In this document: positions 19,720 through 29,155 of the stretch, piece by piece | Position numbering within the stretch: position 1 is the stretch's first letter | How the letters are laid out: every line of letters starts with the position of its first letter | Assembly (NCBI GenBank): GCA_964456475.1 | Contig: CAYVZI010000001.1 | Location: forward strand, 11,762-75,761 | Reading direction: 5' to 3' | DNA length: 64,000 nucleotides | Source of the DNA: an uncultured Candidatus Saccharibacteria bacterium | GTDB lineage: Bacteria > Patescibacteriota > Minisyncoccia > Phycocordibacterales > UBA9973 | The notes under the pieces: generated by a model | Databases searched by the model: none | What the model saw: only the letters and a program-made list of their open reading frames with translations | Told to the model about the DNA's origin: nothing | Program-made: the position numbers and the translations under genes

Positions 19720-19755
19720 ACCACCCCTCAATCCCCTCCTTGGTAAAGGAGGGGA
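19720..19755 (+). repeat. REP-like palindrome of the CCCCTCCTT/AAGGAGGGG type
   Basis: ACCACCCCTCAATCCCCTCCTT-GGTA-AAGGAGGGGA. Confidence 0.55.
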
Positions 19756-19776
19756 AGATATTCGTTTTGTATTTTA

Positions 19777-19808
19777 CTAGCGCCTAAAGCCTAGAGCCTA
19801 ACGCCTAG
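19777..19808. repeat. 7-mer array in phase with the M23 gene stop codon
   Basis: CTAGCGC CTAAAGC CTAGAGC CTAACGC CTAG. Confidence 0.8.
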
Positions 19809-21076
19809 TTCTTCGGCAAATACAACATCGGATCAAGATAAGCGTTCAGCGCTGCCACAGGTGCTGTATACATTTTTCCATTACAAGCTTTACTTGGGAA
19901 ACTCTGAATACTTCCCGCGTCAGCTGCGATGATTGTGAGATGCAAATGCGGGCCAGTAGCGTACCCGGTAGAACCTGAATATCCCACAAGATCACCAGTG
20001 GAAACGCGTGTTCCATCGCCGACTTTTATCAACGACATGTGACCATAAAGGCTCGAGAGACCATTGTCGTATTTTATATAGATCCATTTTCCATATGAGG
20101 CCTTCGGACATGTGAGGTCTGTGTTTCCTGAACCTACGACCACACCAGAAGCCATGGCTTTGAGTGGTGTACCAATAGAAATACCAAAATCGATTCCATT
20201 GTGTGTTCCACTCGAATAGAGGCGTTTTGCGTCAACAGTGCGTCCAAAATGTTGCGTAATTTTTACATTATTAACAGGCCAAATGAGTGGACTGGAACCA
20301 GCCGGAGGGAGTGATTTTGGATCAAGCACGTACCTAAGTTTGGATTCATAATCGCGCAAATCCCCTTCCATTTGATTCTTGAGTGCAATCTTATTGGCAA
20401 GAAGTTTCTGGTATGCTTTCTCGCTGCTTTTTGTTGAAGCAAGGAGTGAATTTTTTTGAGCTTGTGTCTGCACGGTAATCGCACGCTGGTCTTTGAGTTC
20501 TGAATTGAGAGAAATTAATGTTTTCTTTGTTGTTTCTACTTCCGCCTTTTTTGTTTTGAGCACCTGGCCAGTTGTTATGAGTTGATTTGTCCTCTCGCGA
20601 ACTCCTTCTCGAAATGATTCGAGTTCACTTGCATACCGCCACGCATCAGAAAAATTTCGCATTGATGCAAGAGCTCCTACGTCTGAATGATCCTGGGCGT
20701 TCATCTCGCGAATGCTTTTGCCAAGTGCTGTTTTGAGATCATCAATCGACTCGTTTGTATTGGCAATCGTATTTCCAAGCAGGTCGATTTTGGCACTTGT
20801 TGCAGAAATCTTTGCCTCAGAAGCTTTGATGCTTGTGCTGAGTTTTTGTGCTTCAACAGTAAGACGCTTAATCGCATTTGAAAGTGTGTTCTTGTCGTTG
20901 CCAATAACAGTCAACTGATTTTGATACTGAGCAATTTCGGCATTCAGTGCTTCAAGTGCTTTGTTTTGATTGTCGATCTTCGTCTGGAGTTCGGAAGCAG
21001 TATCAGCACGAAGTACTGATGGAATGGCGATCAAGAGAGACAAACAAAAAAGAGTGAGAAATATGTTTCTTCGCAT
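19805..21076 (-). CDS. coiled-coil plus M23 peptidase (EnvC/CwlO-like)
   Basis: signal peptide, long coiled coil, HNGIDF, YGHM, TGPHLH. Confidence 0.9.
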   Translation of the reverse strand: MRRNIFLTLFCLSLLIAIPSVLRADTASELQTKIDNQNKALEALNAEIAQYQNQLTVIGNDKNTLSNAIKRLTVEAQKLSTSIKASEAKISATSAKIDLLGNTIANTNESIDDLKTALGKSIREMNAQDHSDVGALASMRNFSDAWRYASELESFREGVRERTNQLITTGQVLKTKKAEVETTKKTLISLNSELKDQRAITVQTQAQKNSLLASTKSSEKAYQKLLANKIALKNQMEGDLRDYESKLRYVLDPKSLPPAGSSPLIWPVNNVKITQHFGRTVDAKRLYSSGTHNGIDFGISIGTPLKAMASGVVVGSGNTDLTCPKASYGKWIYIKYDNGLSSLYGHMSLIKVGDGTRVSTGDLVGYSGSTGYATGPHLHLTIIAADAGSIQSFPSKACNGKMYTAPVAALNAYLDPMLYLPKN

Positions 21077-21099
21077 ACTCCTATTATACTATGAATTTT

Positions 21100-21198
21100 G
21101 TCATCCCGGACTTGATCCGGGATCCACATAAATTAATTCTTCATGGATTCCGGCTCTGACTCAGCAGAATCACTTCTTGGAAGAAAACACGGAATGAC
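21100..21198. repeat. REP-like palindrome plus degenerate inverted partner
   Basis: GTCATCCCGGACTTGATCCGGGATCCA ... TGGATTCCG...CGGAATGAC. Confidence 0.75.
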
Positions 21199-21205
21199 AC
21201 AAAAA

Positions 21206-22555
21206 CTAAAGCATTTTGAGAGCAGCCCCAATACGCTTGAGAGCTTCTTCTTTCCCTATAATACTCGCGATTGTAAATGGATCAGGTGATTTTTCTAGAC
21301 CAGAGAGTGAATAACGCAACGGATGTAAGAATGGTCCGCGTTTTGGGAGCGTGTCTGCATACTGCATAAGGTCAGCCTTAATTTGCTCGATGTTCCAAAC
21401 TGAAACCGATTCAAGAATTTCCTTTGCTTTTGTAAGCAAAACCACCATTTCCTCAGTATTCGAACCCTTGAAAATAATTTTCTCTTTTTCGATTCTTGGA
21501 GCGACGAAGAAGAAATCAAGTTCTCCTGTCTCAGCCATAGTTGTCACATCATTAAATTTTTCAATACGATCGATGATTACAGGTATGAGCATATCCAACT
21601 TGTCGACGTCAAAACCTGGTGATTTTTTGAATGAATCTGGAAGGTATTTTACAATCCATTCCTTCTGCAGTTCTGGAGAAAGTTTGCGAATATATTCTTT
21701 GTTGAGCCAGTTGAGCTTTTCTACATTGAATACTCCAGGACTCTTTTGTACACGCTCAATACTGAACGTACGAACGAGTTCGTCGAGTGAGAATATTTCT
21801 TGTTCTGTTCCAGGATTCCAACCGATGAGAGCCATGAAATTGATGAGTGCTTCTGGGAGATAGCCCTGCTCGCGATAATGACGCACAGAAACACTCTCAC
21901 CATGCTTTCGCTTGGAAAGTTTCTGTTTGTCAGGAGCAAGAATGAGAGGAATGTGTGCGAATTTTGGCTCAGGTTTGCCGAGTGCTCGGTACAGCAATAT
22001 CTGTCGCGGAGTGTTTGAAACATGATCTTGTCCACGAATCACATGAGTGATACCTGCCTCACAATCATCAACAACCACTGCAAAGTTGTAGAGTGGAGTA
22101 TCAAAGTCTTTTGCAATTACAAAGTCACCAAGGTCAGACGTGTCAACGGTAATGTCTCCAAGAATCAAATCATGAAAAGTAACTGTCTCATTGGTGTTCT
22201 TGTAACGAATCAGATTACGCATGACACCTGCTTCTTCTTTGGATTCTTCACTGGATATGTACGCCTTGCCGTCATCAATAAGTTGCTGAAGAAACACCTT
22301 GTGATTGTCGAGATGCTCGCTCTGACGAAAAAATGCATCGTAGGTAATACCGAGCCATTCAAGCATTGCAAGAATATCATCCTCGTACTCTTTCTTTGAG
22401 CGAATTTTGTCAGTATCCTCGATACGCAAAAGATACTTGCCATCGTTTTGACGAGCAAAAAGATAACAAAAGAGCGCCGTACGAAGCGTGCCCATATGAA
22501 AATATCCTGTCGGAGACGGTGCGATTCGAGTGATGACTAACCCTGCTGTATTCAT
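21206..22555 (-). CDS. gltX: glutamate--tRNA ligase
   Basis: RIAPSPTG..HMG, LRIEDTD, THVIRG.DH, KLSKR. Confidence 0.95.
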   Translation of the reverse strand: MNTAGLVITRIAPSPTGYFHMGTLRTALFCYLFARQNDGKYLLRIEDTDKIRSKKEYEDDILAMLEWLGITYDAFFRQSEHLDNHKVFLQQLIDDGKAYISSEESKEEAGVMRNLIRYKNTNETVTFHDLILGDITVDTSDLGDFVIAKDFDTPLYNFAVVVDDCEAGITHVIRGQDHVSNTPRQILLYRALGKPEPKFAHIPLILAPDKQKLSKRKHGESVSVRHYREQGYLPEALINFMALIGWNPGTEQEIFSLDELVRTFSIERVQKSPGVFNVEKLNWLNKEYIRKLSPELQKEWIVKYLPDSFKKSPGFDVDKLDMLIPVIIDRIEKFNDVTTMAETGELDFFFVAPRIEKEKIIFKGSNTEEMVVLLTKAKEILESVSVWNIEQIKADLMQYADTLPKRGPFLHPLRYSLSGLEKSPDPFTIASIIGKEEALKRIGAALKML

Positions 22556-22653
22556 CCCAAAATACTACCAAATTAAGGGCTTTTTGGCGAGCAAAGTTTT
22601 ACATGAATTGACATAAACTACTTAGCATTCTATACTGATGAAAATTTCACAAT

Positions 22654-22830
22654 ATGAATTTTAGACAACTCCTCGCGTTCATGATTACAATGTTTGGTTT
22701 ACTCATTATTGCAGTTCAGAATCCCCCACGCAATTACAATACAGTAACTATTATAGGAATTTGTATCGGCTTATTGATGATTATCACTGGTGCGTTCATG
22801 TACTACAAAGCTAGAAAAGATTTAATATAA
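22654..22830 (+). CDS. 58-aa two-TM microprotein (not in ORF track)
   Basis: MNFRQLLAFMITMFGLLIIAVQNPPRNYNTVTIIGICIGLLMIITGAFMYYKARKDLI; TTGACA-17-TATACT 22608-22636; terminator ~22838-22862. Confidence 0.7.
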   Translation: MNFRQLLAFMITMFGLLIIAVQNPPRNYNTVTIIGICIGLLMIITGAFMYYKARKDLI

Positions 22831-22859
22831 AATACACAAGACCTCCTTACTGGGAGGTC

Positions 22860-23987
22860 TTATTTTTCATGAGACAGTGCCATATCGACAAGTAGTCGTG
22901 CAATTTTGTGTGCCGCATCTGGTGTAGAAAAAGCCTTTGCAGAAAGTTCCATATTCTTGTGTTCGACTGGATTTGAAATGATACGTTTGACTTCGTTTAC
23001 CAAAATAGTCGGTGAAAGATTTCCCTCTTGAATCACTCGCGCACAGCCGTGTCTTGCGTAATTGAACGCATTCTTGCGTTGATGGTCTCCATTCGATTCT
23101 TCGATTGGAATCACAATCGCAGGGATTCCCCAAGAAGCAATTTCAAAAAGAGCAGAGCCTGCTCGCGTGATGACAAGATTTGCTACACCGGCAGACATTT
23201 TTTGTGCAAGCGGATTGAGATATGGAAATGGTCGATATCGAGCAGCAAATTCATTTTTCTTGAGCAAAAAATTTGTTTGCGTTTCAATCTCCTTAAAATT
23301 ATTGACTCCAGTCTGGTGAATAATTTGATAATACGGAAGCAGTTGCGGGAGCGAATCTATGATGATGTTGTTTATCGCTTCAGCACCAAGAGAGCCTCCA
23401 AGAATGAGAATTGTTGGAATTGTCGGATCAAGCTTCAAGTATTCGTATGCACCGTCGGTCTTTTTTTCTTTGAGTTCTTCGCGAATTGGCTGTCCCGTGA
23501 GAGCGACTTTGTCTTTTGGAAAATATTTACTCGCCTCGTCGTAAGATACTGCAATGTGTTTCGCAAACTTCCCTGCCCAGACATTGACGCGACCTGGTGC
23601 GCAGTCTGATTCGTGAATCACCACCGGAATGCCGAGAAATCGTGCAGCAAGTAGTGTTGGAAAGCTTGCATATCCGCCTTTTGCAAATATGACATCTGGA
23701 TAGAGAAAATAGAGTGAAAAAAGTGCGTTCAAGAAGCCCATACCAGTCTTCACCATATCGAAGTAATTTTGAATCGAAAAATATAGACGCTTCTTTCCGG
23801 CCGGGATATCTTTGAAAATGATTCCATTCTCAAAAAGTGATTGCTTGTCGTACGGAGAATCTGAATAATAGTAGAGCTTCAAATCAAGGATTTTTTCGTG
23901 ATCGACAATCTTATGAACCGATTCCGCCACGGCGATTATCGGATAAAAATGTCCTCCAGTTCCTCCACCAGTAAATACAATTTTCAT
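22860..23987 (-). CDS. murG: MurG glycosyltransferase
   Basis: TGGGTGGHFYP, GGYAS.P, HE, GGSLGA, RAG, HQRKNA. Confidence 0.95.
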   Translation of the reverse strand: MKIVFTGGGTGGHFYPIIAVAESVHKIVDHEKILDLKLYYYSDSPYDKQSLFENGIIFKDIPAGKKRLYFSIQNYFDMVKTGMGFLNALFSLYFLYPDVIFAKGGYASFPTLLAARFLGIPVVIHESDCAPGRVNVWAGKFAKHIAVSYDEASKYFPKDKVALTGQPIREELKEKKTDGAYEYLKLDPTIPTILILGGSLGAEAINNIIIDSLPQLLPYYQIIHQTGVNNFKEIETQTNFLLKKNEFAARYRPFPYLNPLAQKMSAGVANLVITRAGSALFEIASWGIPAIVIPIEESNGDHQRKNAFNYARHGCARVIQEGNLSPTILVNEVKRIISNPVEHKNMELSAKAFSTPDAAHKIARLLVDMALSHEK

Positions 23988-23988
23988 T

Positions 23989-24023
23989 CTAGGAATTAGT
24001 GATTAGGGATAAGGGAGTAGTGC
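23989..24023. repeat. 7-mer array at the ftsW-murG junction
   Basis: CTAGGAA TTAGTGA TTAGGGA TAAGGGA GTAGTGC. Confidence 0.6.
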
Positions 24024-24046
24024 CACAAATCCGCAATAAAAAATAA

Positions 24047-25153
24047 TTAATTCGCTTTCCTTTCTTTTGATATTGATAAAATAATACCTACAACTGCCAT
24101 CGATATCAAAAGTGATGTTCCTCCCTGACTCATAAATACGAGCGGAACTCCCGTAAGTGGAAACAATCCGGTGATTGATGCAATATTCATAAACACTTGT
24201 AACGAAATAAGTATAACAAGTCCCGAGGCAAGCAGTCCACTAAATGAGTCCGGTGCACGGCGGGCGATCCAAAGTCCACGCATTGCAAACAAAACATAAA
24301 GAAGTACGATTGTAGTTGATCCAATAAAGCCGAACTCTTCTCCAATAACGGCAAAGATAGAATCCCCTTGTGGTTCTGGAAGATAGCTAAACTTCTGGAT
24401 ACTTTGTCCAAAACCGCGACCATTTACTTGCCCAGACCCAATAGCAATAAGTGATTGCTGAATTTGATACGAAGAGCCCGTCGGGTCGCTACTTGGATTC
24501 AGAAATGTATCAATACGTGAACGCAAATATGGAGTATTGAAAGCCAAAACGAGAAATACCACAATTGCTCCTCCTCCAAAAATAAGGAGATACTTGGCGG
24601 GAAAACCAGAAAGGAAGAGCAACCCGATTCCGGTCGCGCACATCAAAATCAGACTTTTTGTATCAGGTTGGAAGAGCAAAATACTTGCAACGATACACAA
24701 GAGAATTATAAATGGAAGGATGCCAAATAATGGATTGTTTGATTTCTTTTTGATCCACGAAAGCCAGGTGGCCAGATACATGACGAATGCTATTTTGAGA
24801 AACTCTACTGGCTGAAACGACACTCCAAACACTGAGACCCATCTACGTGCTCCGCCATGAGAAAAACCAAGATGGGGTACAAAAACAAGAAGTGTGAGTC
24901 CGATACCGCCGATGAGAATAAGACCAGAATAATTACGCCAGAAACGATATGGAATTCGTGAACAAAAATAGAGTGCAATCGTTCCGCCAACGAGCCCCAG
25001 CGCAAGCTGAGAAATAATAATTTGATAAAATTTTGCCTGATCACGAGCGAGTACACCGAGCGAAGCGGAAAAGAACGCAAAAATCCCCGCCACCACAAGA
25101 ATAATGGTGATTGTGAGGAAAATATAGTCAATCGATTTTTTTTCCGCTGCCAT
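24047..25153 (-). CDS. ftsW: SEDS peptidoglycan polymerase FtsW
   Basis: GARRW, FQPVEFLK, QPD, YLPEPQGDSIFAVIGEE, TGVPLVFMSQGGTS; dcw context. Confidence 0.92.
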   Translation of the reverse strand: MAAEKKSIDYIFLTITIILVVAGIFAFFSASLGVLARDQAKFYQIIISQLALGLVGGTIALYFCSRIPYRFWRNYSGLILIGGIGLTLLVFVPHLGFSHGGARRWVSVFGVSFQPVEFLKIAFVMYLATWLSWIKKKSNNPLFGILPFIILLCIVASILLFQPDTKSLILMCATGIGLLFLSGFPAKYLLIFGGGAIVVFLVLAFNTPYLRSRIDTFLNPSSDPTGSSYQIQQSLIAIGSGQVNGRGFGQSIQKFSYLPEPQGDSIFAVIGEEFGFIGSTTIVLLYVLFAMRGLWIARRAPDSFSGLLASGLVILISLQVFMNIASITGLFPLTGVPLVFMSQGGTSLLISMAVVGIILSISKERKAN

Positions 25154-25214
25154 TCGTTACTAGAGTGTAACAAAATGTCAGTGTTTAAGCCATTGAAAGT
25201 GAGTCAAATGAATT

Positions 25215-25565
25215 TCAAGTACAATATTTAAAATAAAAACTGATGAGAATAGAGAGGGTCAGGAACAACACCGCAGCCCATCGGTAGAAACTATCTCTAA
25301 TTCGCCCGTTTGTGAGTTTGTAAGTATAGTAACTTGCAAAGCTATAATTATAATTTACATCACGATTCCACTTTTTTCTTAGATCAAATTCCCATTTCGT
25401 CAGTAAACAATAGCCAAAAATCAAATCAGAAATCAGAGCTAAACTAAGCGACGCAATATACCAATACCAAAGCGACGGGAATAAATATCCTGTTAAGGCA
25501 AATGCGAATAAAACACAATGGACGAGAAAGAGAATCTGTGCAGCAATTTTATATAAAAATTTCAT
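25215..25565 (-). CDS. small membrane protein (DUF2784-like)
   Basis: TM helices; GYCLLTKWEFDLR resembles the CPLT.WE..LR motif. Confidence 0.6.
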   Translation of the reverse strand: MKFLYKIAAQILFLVHCVLFAFALTGYLFPSLWYWYIASLSLALISDLIFGYCLLTKWEFDLRKKWNRDVNYNYSFASYYTYKLTNGRIRDSFYRWAAVLFLTLSILISFYFKYCT

Positions 25566-26654
25566 TTATGAAATAAGGGCTAATACGATTCCAGTCACGG
25601 CGCAGATTACTGAAAACACCCAGTACCGCATGGTGACTTTGTATGTTGGCCAGCCGAGTGCGATGAAATGATTGTGTAATGGCGAAACAAGGAACACCTT
25701 TTTTCCATCTCGGAATTTTTTTGAAATAAGCTGAATAATGACAGAGGCTGTAGTAAGTACGAGCGGAAGCGCGATGATGAGAAGGAGTAAAACCTGTCCA
25801 GTGAGAAATGCAACCACTGTAAGTGTAGTCGTAAGACCCATTGTACCAGTCTCTGAAAGGAAGAATCGTGCAGGCGGAATATTGAACCACAAAAATACGA
25901 GCAGACTTCCCACGATTACCATACAGAATGTCGCGAGGTCGACCTGATTTTGAGCGTAAGCGATAACGCCGTACGCAGAAAACATAATCATAAATACCCC
26001 ACCTGCGAGTCCGTCCACTCCGTCAATAATTCCTCCCGAATATACTGCGAGCATGACCAGAATAAAGAATGGAATAAAGAAGTATCCGAGCACAAGTGTT
26101 CCATCGAATGGAATATGTATGCCGGTCGTTCCAAGTTTGAAATAAAACCAAAGTCCTCCAATAAGTGCAAGTAGAAAAACAACAGCAAGTCGTTTACGGA
26201 GTGAGAGTCCTCCGCCCACGAAGGTTCCCTTGCCTTTGACCACAAAAGCATCGTCAATCAAACCAACGAGGGATGCGGAAATGAGCGTAAAGAGTGGAAG
26301 CCAAGTCTGATTTCGAGAAAGAAACGAAAGTTTTTCTGATACGTTCCCTGGCATAAGAAGCGAAACGAGTGTTACCAAAATAGTCGTAAGAAGAACACTA
26401 CCCCAAACAATCACTCCGCCCATACGGGGCGTTTTTCGCACTTCATCACCATGAAGCTTGCTAGTAATCGTCGCTTCTCGCCCATCGGTTGTCTTTTGAA
26501 CACTCACCTTCTTCCAAAGTTCCCATTTGTACAAGTAATGAGTAATGAGTGGAGTGATTCCCATTCCAATAACAAAAGTAGCAATCGCCGGTACAAATAT
26601 TTTTACCGCGTCATGTATTGTTGAATAGGTTTGAGGGTTGATTGTGTAGTCCAT
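25566..26654 (-). CDS. mraY: phospho-N-acetylmuramoyl-pentapeptide transferase
   Basis: TPRMGG, GLIDD, DGVDGL, WFNIPPA, SPLHNHF. Confidence 0.93.
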   Translation of the reverse strand: MDYTINPQTYSTIHDAVKIFVPAIATFVIGMGITPLITHYLYKWELWKKVSVQKTTDGREATITSKLHGDEVRKTPRMGGVIVWGSVLLTTILVTLVSLLMPGNVSEKLSFLSRNQTWLPLFTLISASLVGLIDDAFVVKGKGTFVGGGLSLRKRLAVVFLLALIGGLWFYFKLGTTGIHIPFDGTLVLGYFFIPFFILVMLAVYSGGIIDGVDGLAGGVFMIMFSAYGVIAYAQNQVDLATFCMVIVGSLLVFLWFNIPPARFFLSETGTMGLTTTLTVVAFLTGQVLLLLIIALPLVLTTASVIIQLISKKFRDGKKVFLVSPLHNHFIALGWPTYKVTMRYWVFSVICAVTGIVLALIS

Positions 26655-26723
26655 AATAAGTTTATAAAGCTAAAAGTTTTTAAAGTTTATAAAGTAAATA
26701 CATTTGAGTTCGCTTTATGAACC

Positions 26724-28025
26724 TTATAAACTTGTTAGAGATTTTACCAAATCTCTAACAATCTCTCGTTCGTTCCAAGGAATCGCTCCTTCTTTTGTCA
26801 TCATAGTAGATTCGGCTCCTTTTCCAGAAATAAGAACGATATCACCCTCCATCGCAAGCGAGAGGGCTTTGGTGATCGCTTCACGTCTATCGAGTACAAG
26901 AAACAAATCTTCTTGCTCAACTTTCCCTGCCTCAATTGCAACAGCACCAAGGTCTGCAATCATTTTTACAGGATTAGAATCGTACGGATCTTCATTGGTA
27001 ATAATGAGATAATCTGACATTTTGGCGCCGATTTCTGCCATAGTTCCGCGAGGAGCACGCCCGCCGCCAATAACGCCCATAAGAAGAATTACTTTGTTTT
27101 CCTTTTCTATTAAATTTCTGGCTGTTGTAAGAAGCGCAGTGAGACTCGCTGGTTCATGCGCATAATCAACGTAGACAGAAAAATTTTGTCCTTCATCAAT
27201 GGATTCCATTCTGCCAGGAATCACCTTGAGTGACTCAAGCCCTCGTGCAATTTCTGGTGATGGAATATCGAGAAGATTTCCAATAACTATAGCTGGAAGC
27301 GCATTGTAAACATTGAACGTTCCAGGAATCGAAAGTGCATAGCGAACTCCGCCAGCAGTGAATGTGGTGCCGTTATTTTCCTGTGCAAGTCCGAGAGCTT
27401 GGACCATACCTTGTTCTAACCCGAAGGTTATCTTTTGATCAGCAGGAAATGACAAATAGTATTCCGAGTGCTCACTGTCGGCATTCGCAATTATTACTTT
27501 CGGTAATACTTTGCCATAAAAAGATCTCTTTGTTTTTTGTAACGCTGCAAACATCGGTCCTTTTGCCTTCTTGTATACTTCAAAATCATTCTTGTGACTT
27601 CCAAGGTGTTCAGGCGTCAAATTGGTGAACACTGCAATATCTACTGGAATGCCAAGATGGCGATACTGCTTCATACCTTCAGATGTCATTTCTACTACTA
27701 CGATTCCTACATTTTCGGCAAGCATCTCGCTCAGTTTTTTCTGAATAAAAGATGCAGACGGCATTGTCATGTGGTATGTGTTTGGTTCTTCTTTTTCTCC
27801 AATACGAAAATTCGCACTTGTAATGAGTCCAGCATGATATCCTCCCGCGTTTAAAACACTCCATATATAATTTGCTGTCGAAGTTTTGCCTTTTGTACCA
27901 GTCACGCCGATTACGATCATTTTGTGAGCTGGAAAGGAATGTTTGAACGCAGCATGAAAACCGCGCACTTTGTGGTACGCGTTCAATGCAAACTCTGGAA
28001 TAACTTTCTTAATTTTTTCTTTCAT
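26724..28025 (-). CDS. murE: MurE-family ligase
   Basis: GVTGTKGKTST, FTNLTPEHL, PGRME, VDYAHEP, GKGAE. Confidence 0.88.
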   Translation of the reverse strand: MKEKIKKVIPEFALNAYHKVRGFHAAFKHSFPAHKMIVIGVTGTKGKTSTANYIWSVLNAGGYHAGLITSANFRIGEKEEPNTYHMTMPSASFIQKKLSEMLAENVGIVVVEMTSEGMKQYRHLGIPVDIAVFTNLTPEHLGSHKNDFEVYKKAKGPMFAALQKTKRSFYGKVLPKVIIANADSEHSEYYLSFPADQKITFGLEQGMVQALGLAQENNGTTFTAGGVRYALSIPGTFNVYNALPAIVIGNLLDIPSPEIARGLESLKVIPGRMESIDEGQNFSVYVDYAHEPASLTALLTTARNLIEKENKVILLMGVIGGGRAPRGTMAEIGAKMSDYLIITNEDPYDSNPVKMIADLGAVAIEAGKVEQEDLFLVLDRREAITKALSLAMEGDIVLISGKGAESTMMTKEGAIPWNEREIVRDLVKSLTSL

Positions 28026-28984
28026 TATTTAAAATTGCAATAAGATGGTAATGAACGTGCGGCGCTGACATAGGTGCTCGCACTATCATGAATCGCCTTC
28101 ACATCGTCAAATCGGCCAAGCTCGGAAGACCCAAGTACCACTGCACCGAGAATATTATTCCCAGGCTCACGCCATAATACGGCCAAATTCCCTCCCGCAG
28201 TGTCAGTATAGCCTGTTTTTGAGGCCAATAATAGTGGCAAAGTATCAACTATTGGGTTCGTATTTTTAAGCAAAATAGCACGACCAGAGGACGATTTTAT
28301 CGTGATATCAGTTTTTGTACTCACGGCACTATACTCAGGAAAATCAAGATAATTATTGTGTAGTAAAAAAAGAACATCATGTGCAGACCCAAATGCGGTA
28401 GCAACAGTATCATCGATATCAAGACCTGTTGGATTGCCAAAACGAAGAGTTTTCAGTCCAAGTTCCTGCGCTTCGGAATTCATTTTTTCAACAAACGAGC
28501 TTTCACTTACACCGGTACTGCGTGACAACATCACCGCTGCGTGATTTACAGATCCTACAAGTGCAGCGGTTGCAAGTTCAGAAATTCTATAACTATCACC
28601 AGGTACGAATCCAAAAAAACCATCGGAAAGAAGATCCTGTTTTTGTACCGTATAAAATTCGTGTGGTACTGCATTTTTGAGCGCGGTACGAATGGTCATG
28701 ATTTTTGTGAGTGACGCCAAGGGTGATGGCAAATCATCATTCTTTCCTGCAATCTTCACTCCTTTTGTAAAATCATAGGCATAAAAAGCTTTTGCTTGTA
28801 CCTTCTGCAGGGCAGGAGTGAGCGTATTTTGCACCAAAAGATCTCGCATGCTGGTACATACGCGTTGTTGCTCTTTCAATTTTTCTTGTTGCACATGGAC
28901 GTAGAGATTTATCCCAGCGACAGGTACGAGTATCAAGAAAATAATGAGAAGACTATACAGCTGTGTTTTCTTGATTTTCTCCAT
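28025..28984 (-). CDS. D-Ala-D-Ala carboxypeptidase (S11)
   Basis: ASLTK (SxxK), SVN, KTGYT motifs; N-terminal TM. Confidence 0.9.
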   Translation of the reverse strand: MEKIKKTQLYSLLIIFLILVPVAGINLYVHVQQEKLKEQQRVCTSMRDLLVQNTLTPALQKVQAKAFYAYDFTKGVKIAGKNDDLPSPLASLTKIMTIRTALKNAVPHEFYTVQKQDLLSDGFFGFVPGDSYRISELATAALVGSVNHAAVMLSRSTGVSESSFVEKMNSEAQELGLKTLRFGNPTGLDIDDTVATAFGSAHDVLFLLHNNYLDFPEYSAVSTKTDITIKSSSGRAILLKNTNPIVDTLPLLLASKTGYTDTAGGNLAVLWREPGNNILGAVVLGSSELGRFDDVKAIHDSASTYVSAARSLPSYCNFK

Positions 28985-28999
28985 TTGGTGTTTCTTCTA

Positions 29000-29140
29000 A
29001 GAGTCTGTTCATAATGTAATGGCTAAGTAAAATTCTCAAATTTCGAGCGAAAATTGTACAGTTCGAGGAGGCATATACCTATATGTCGACGAGAGATGGG
29101 CAATTTGCAGCCGAAATTTGGGAATTTTAATAGACAAGCT
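29000..29140. repeat. palindromic MITE/RPE-like element
   Basis: TAAAATTCTCAAATTTCG / CGAAATTTGGGAATTTTA stem with inner GGCATATA-CC-TATATGTC hairpin. Confidence 0.6.
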
Positions 29141-29155
29141 TATTTGTTTTAGTAA

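Noticed and set aside
5193-22830. Integron cassette array explaining the orphan genes
   Set aside because: No integrase, no consistent attC RYYYAAC/GTTRRRY ends seen, and the orphans carry their own promoters and are dispersed.
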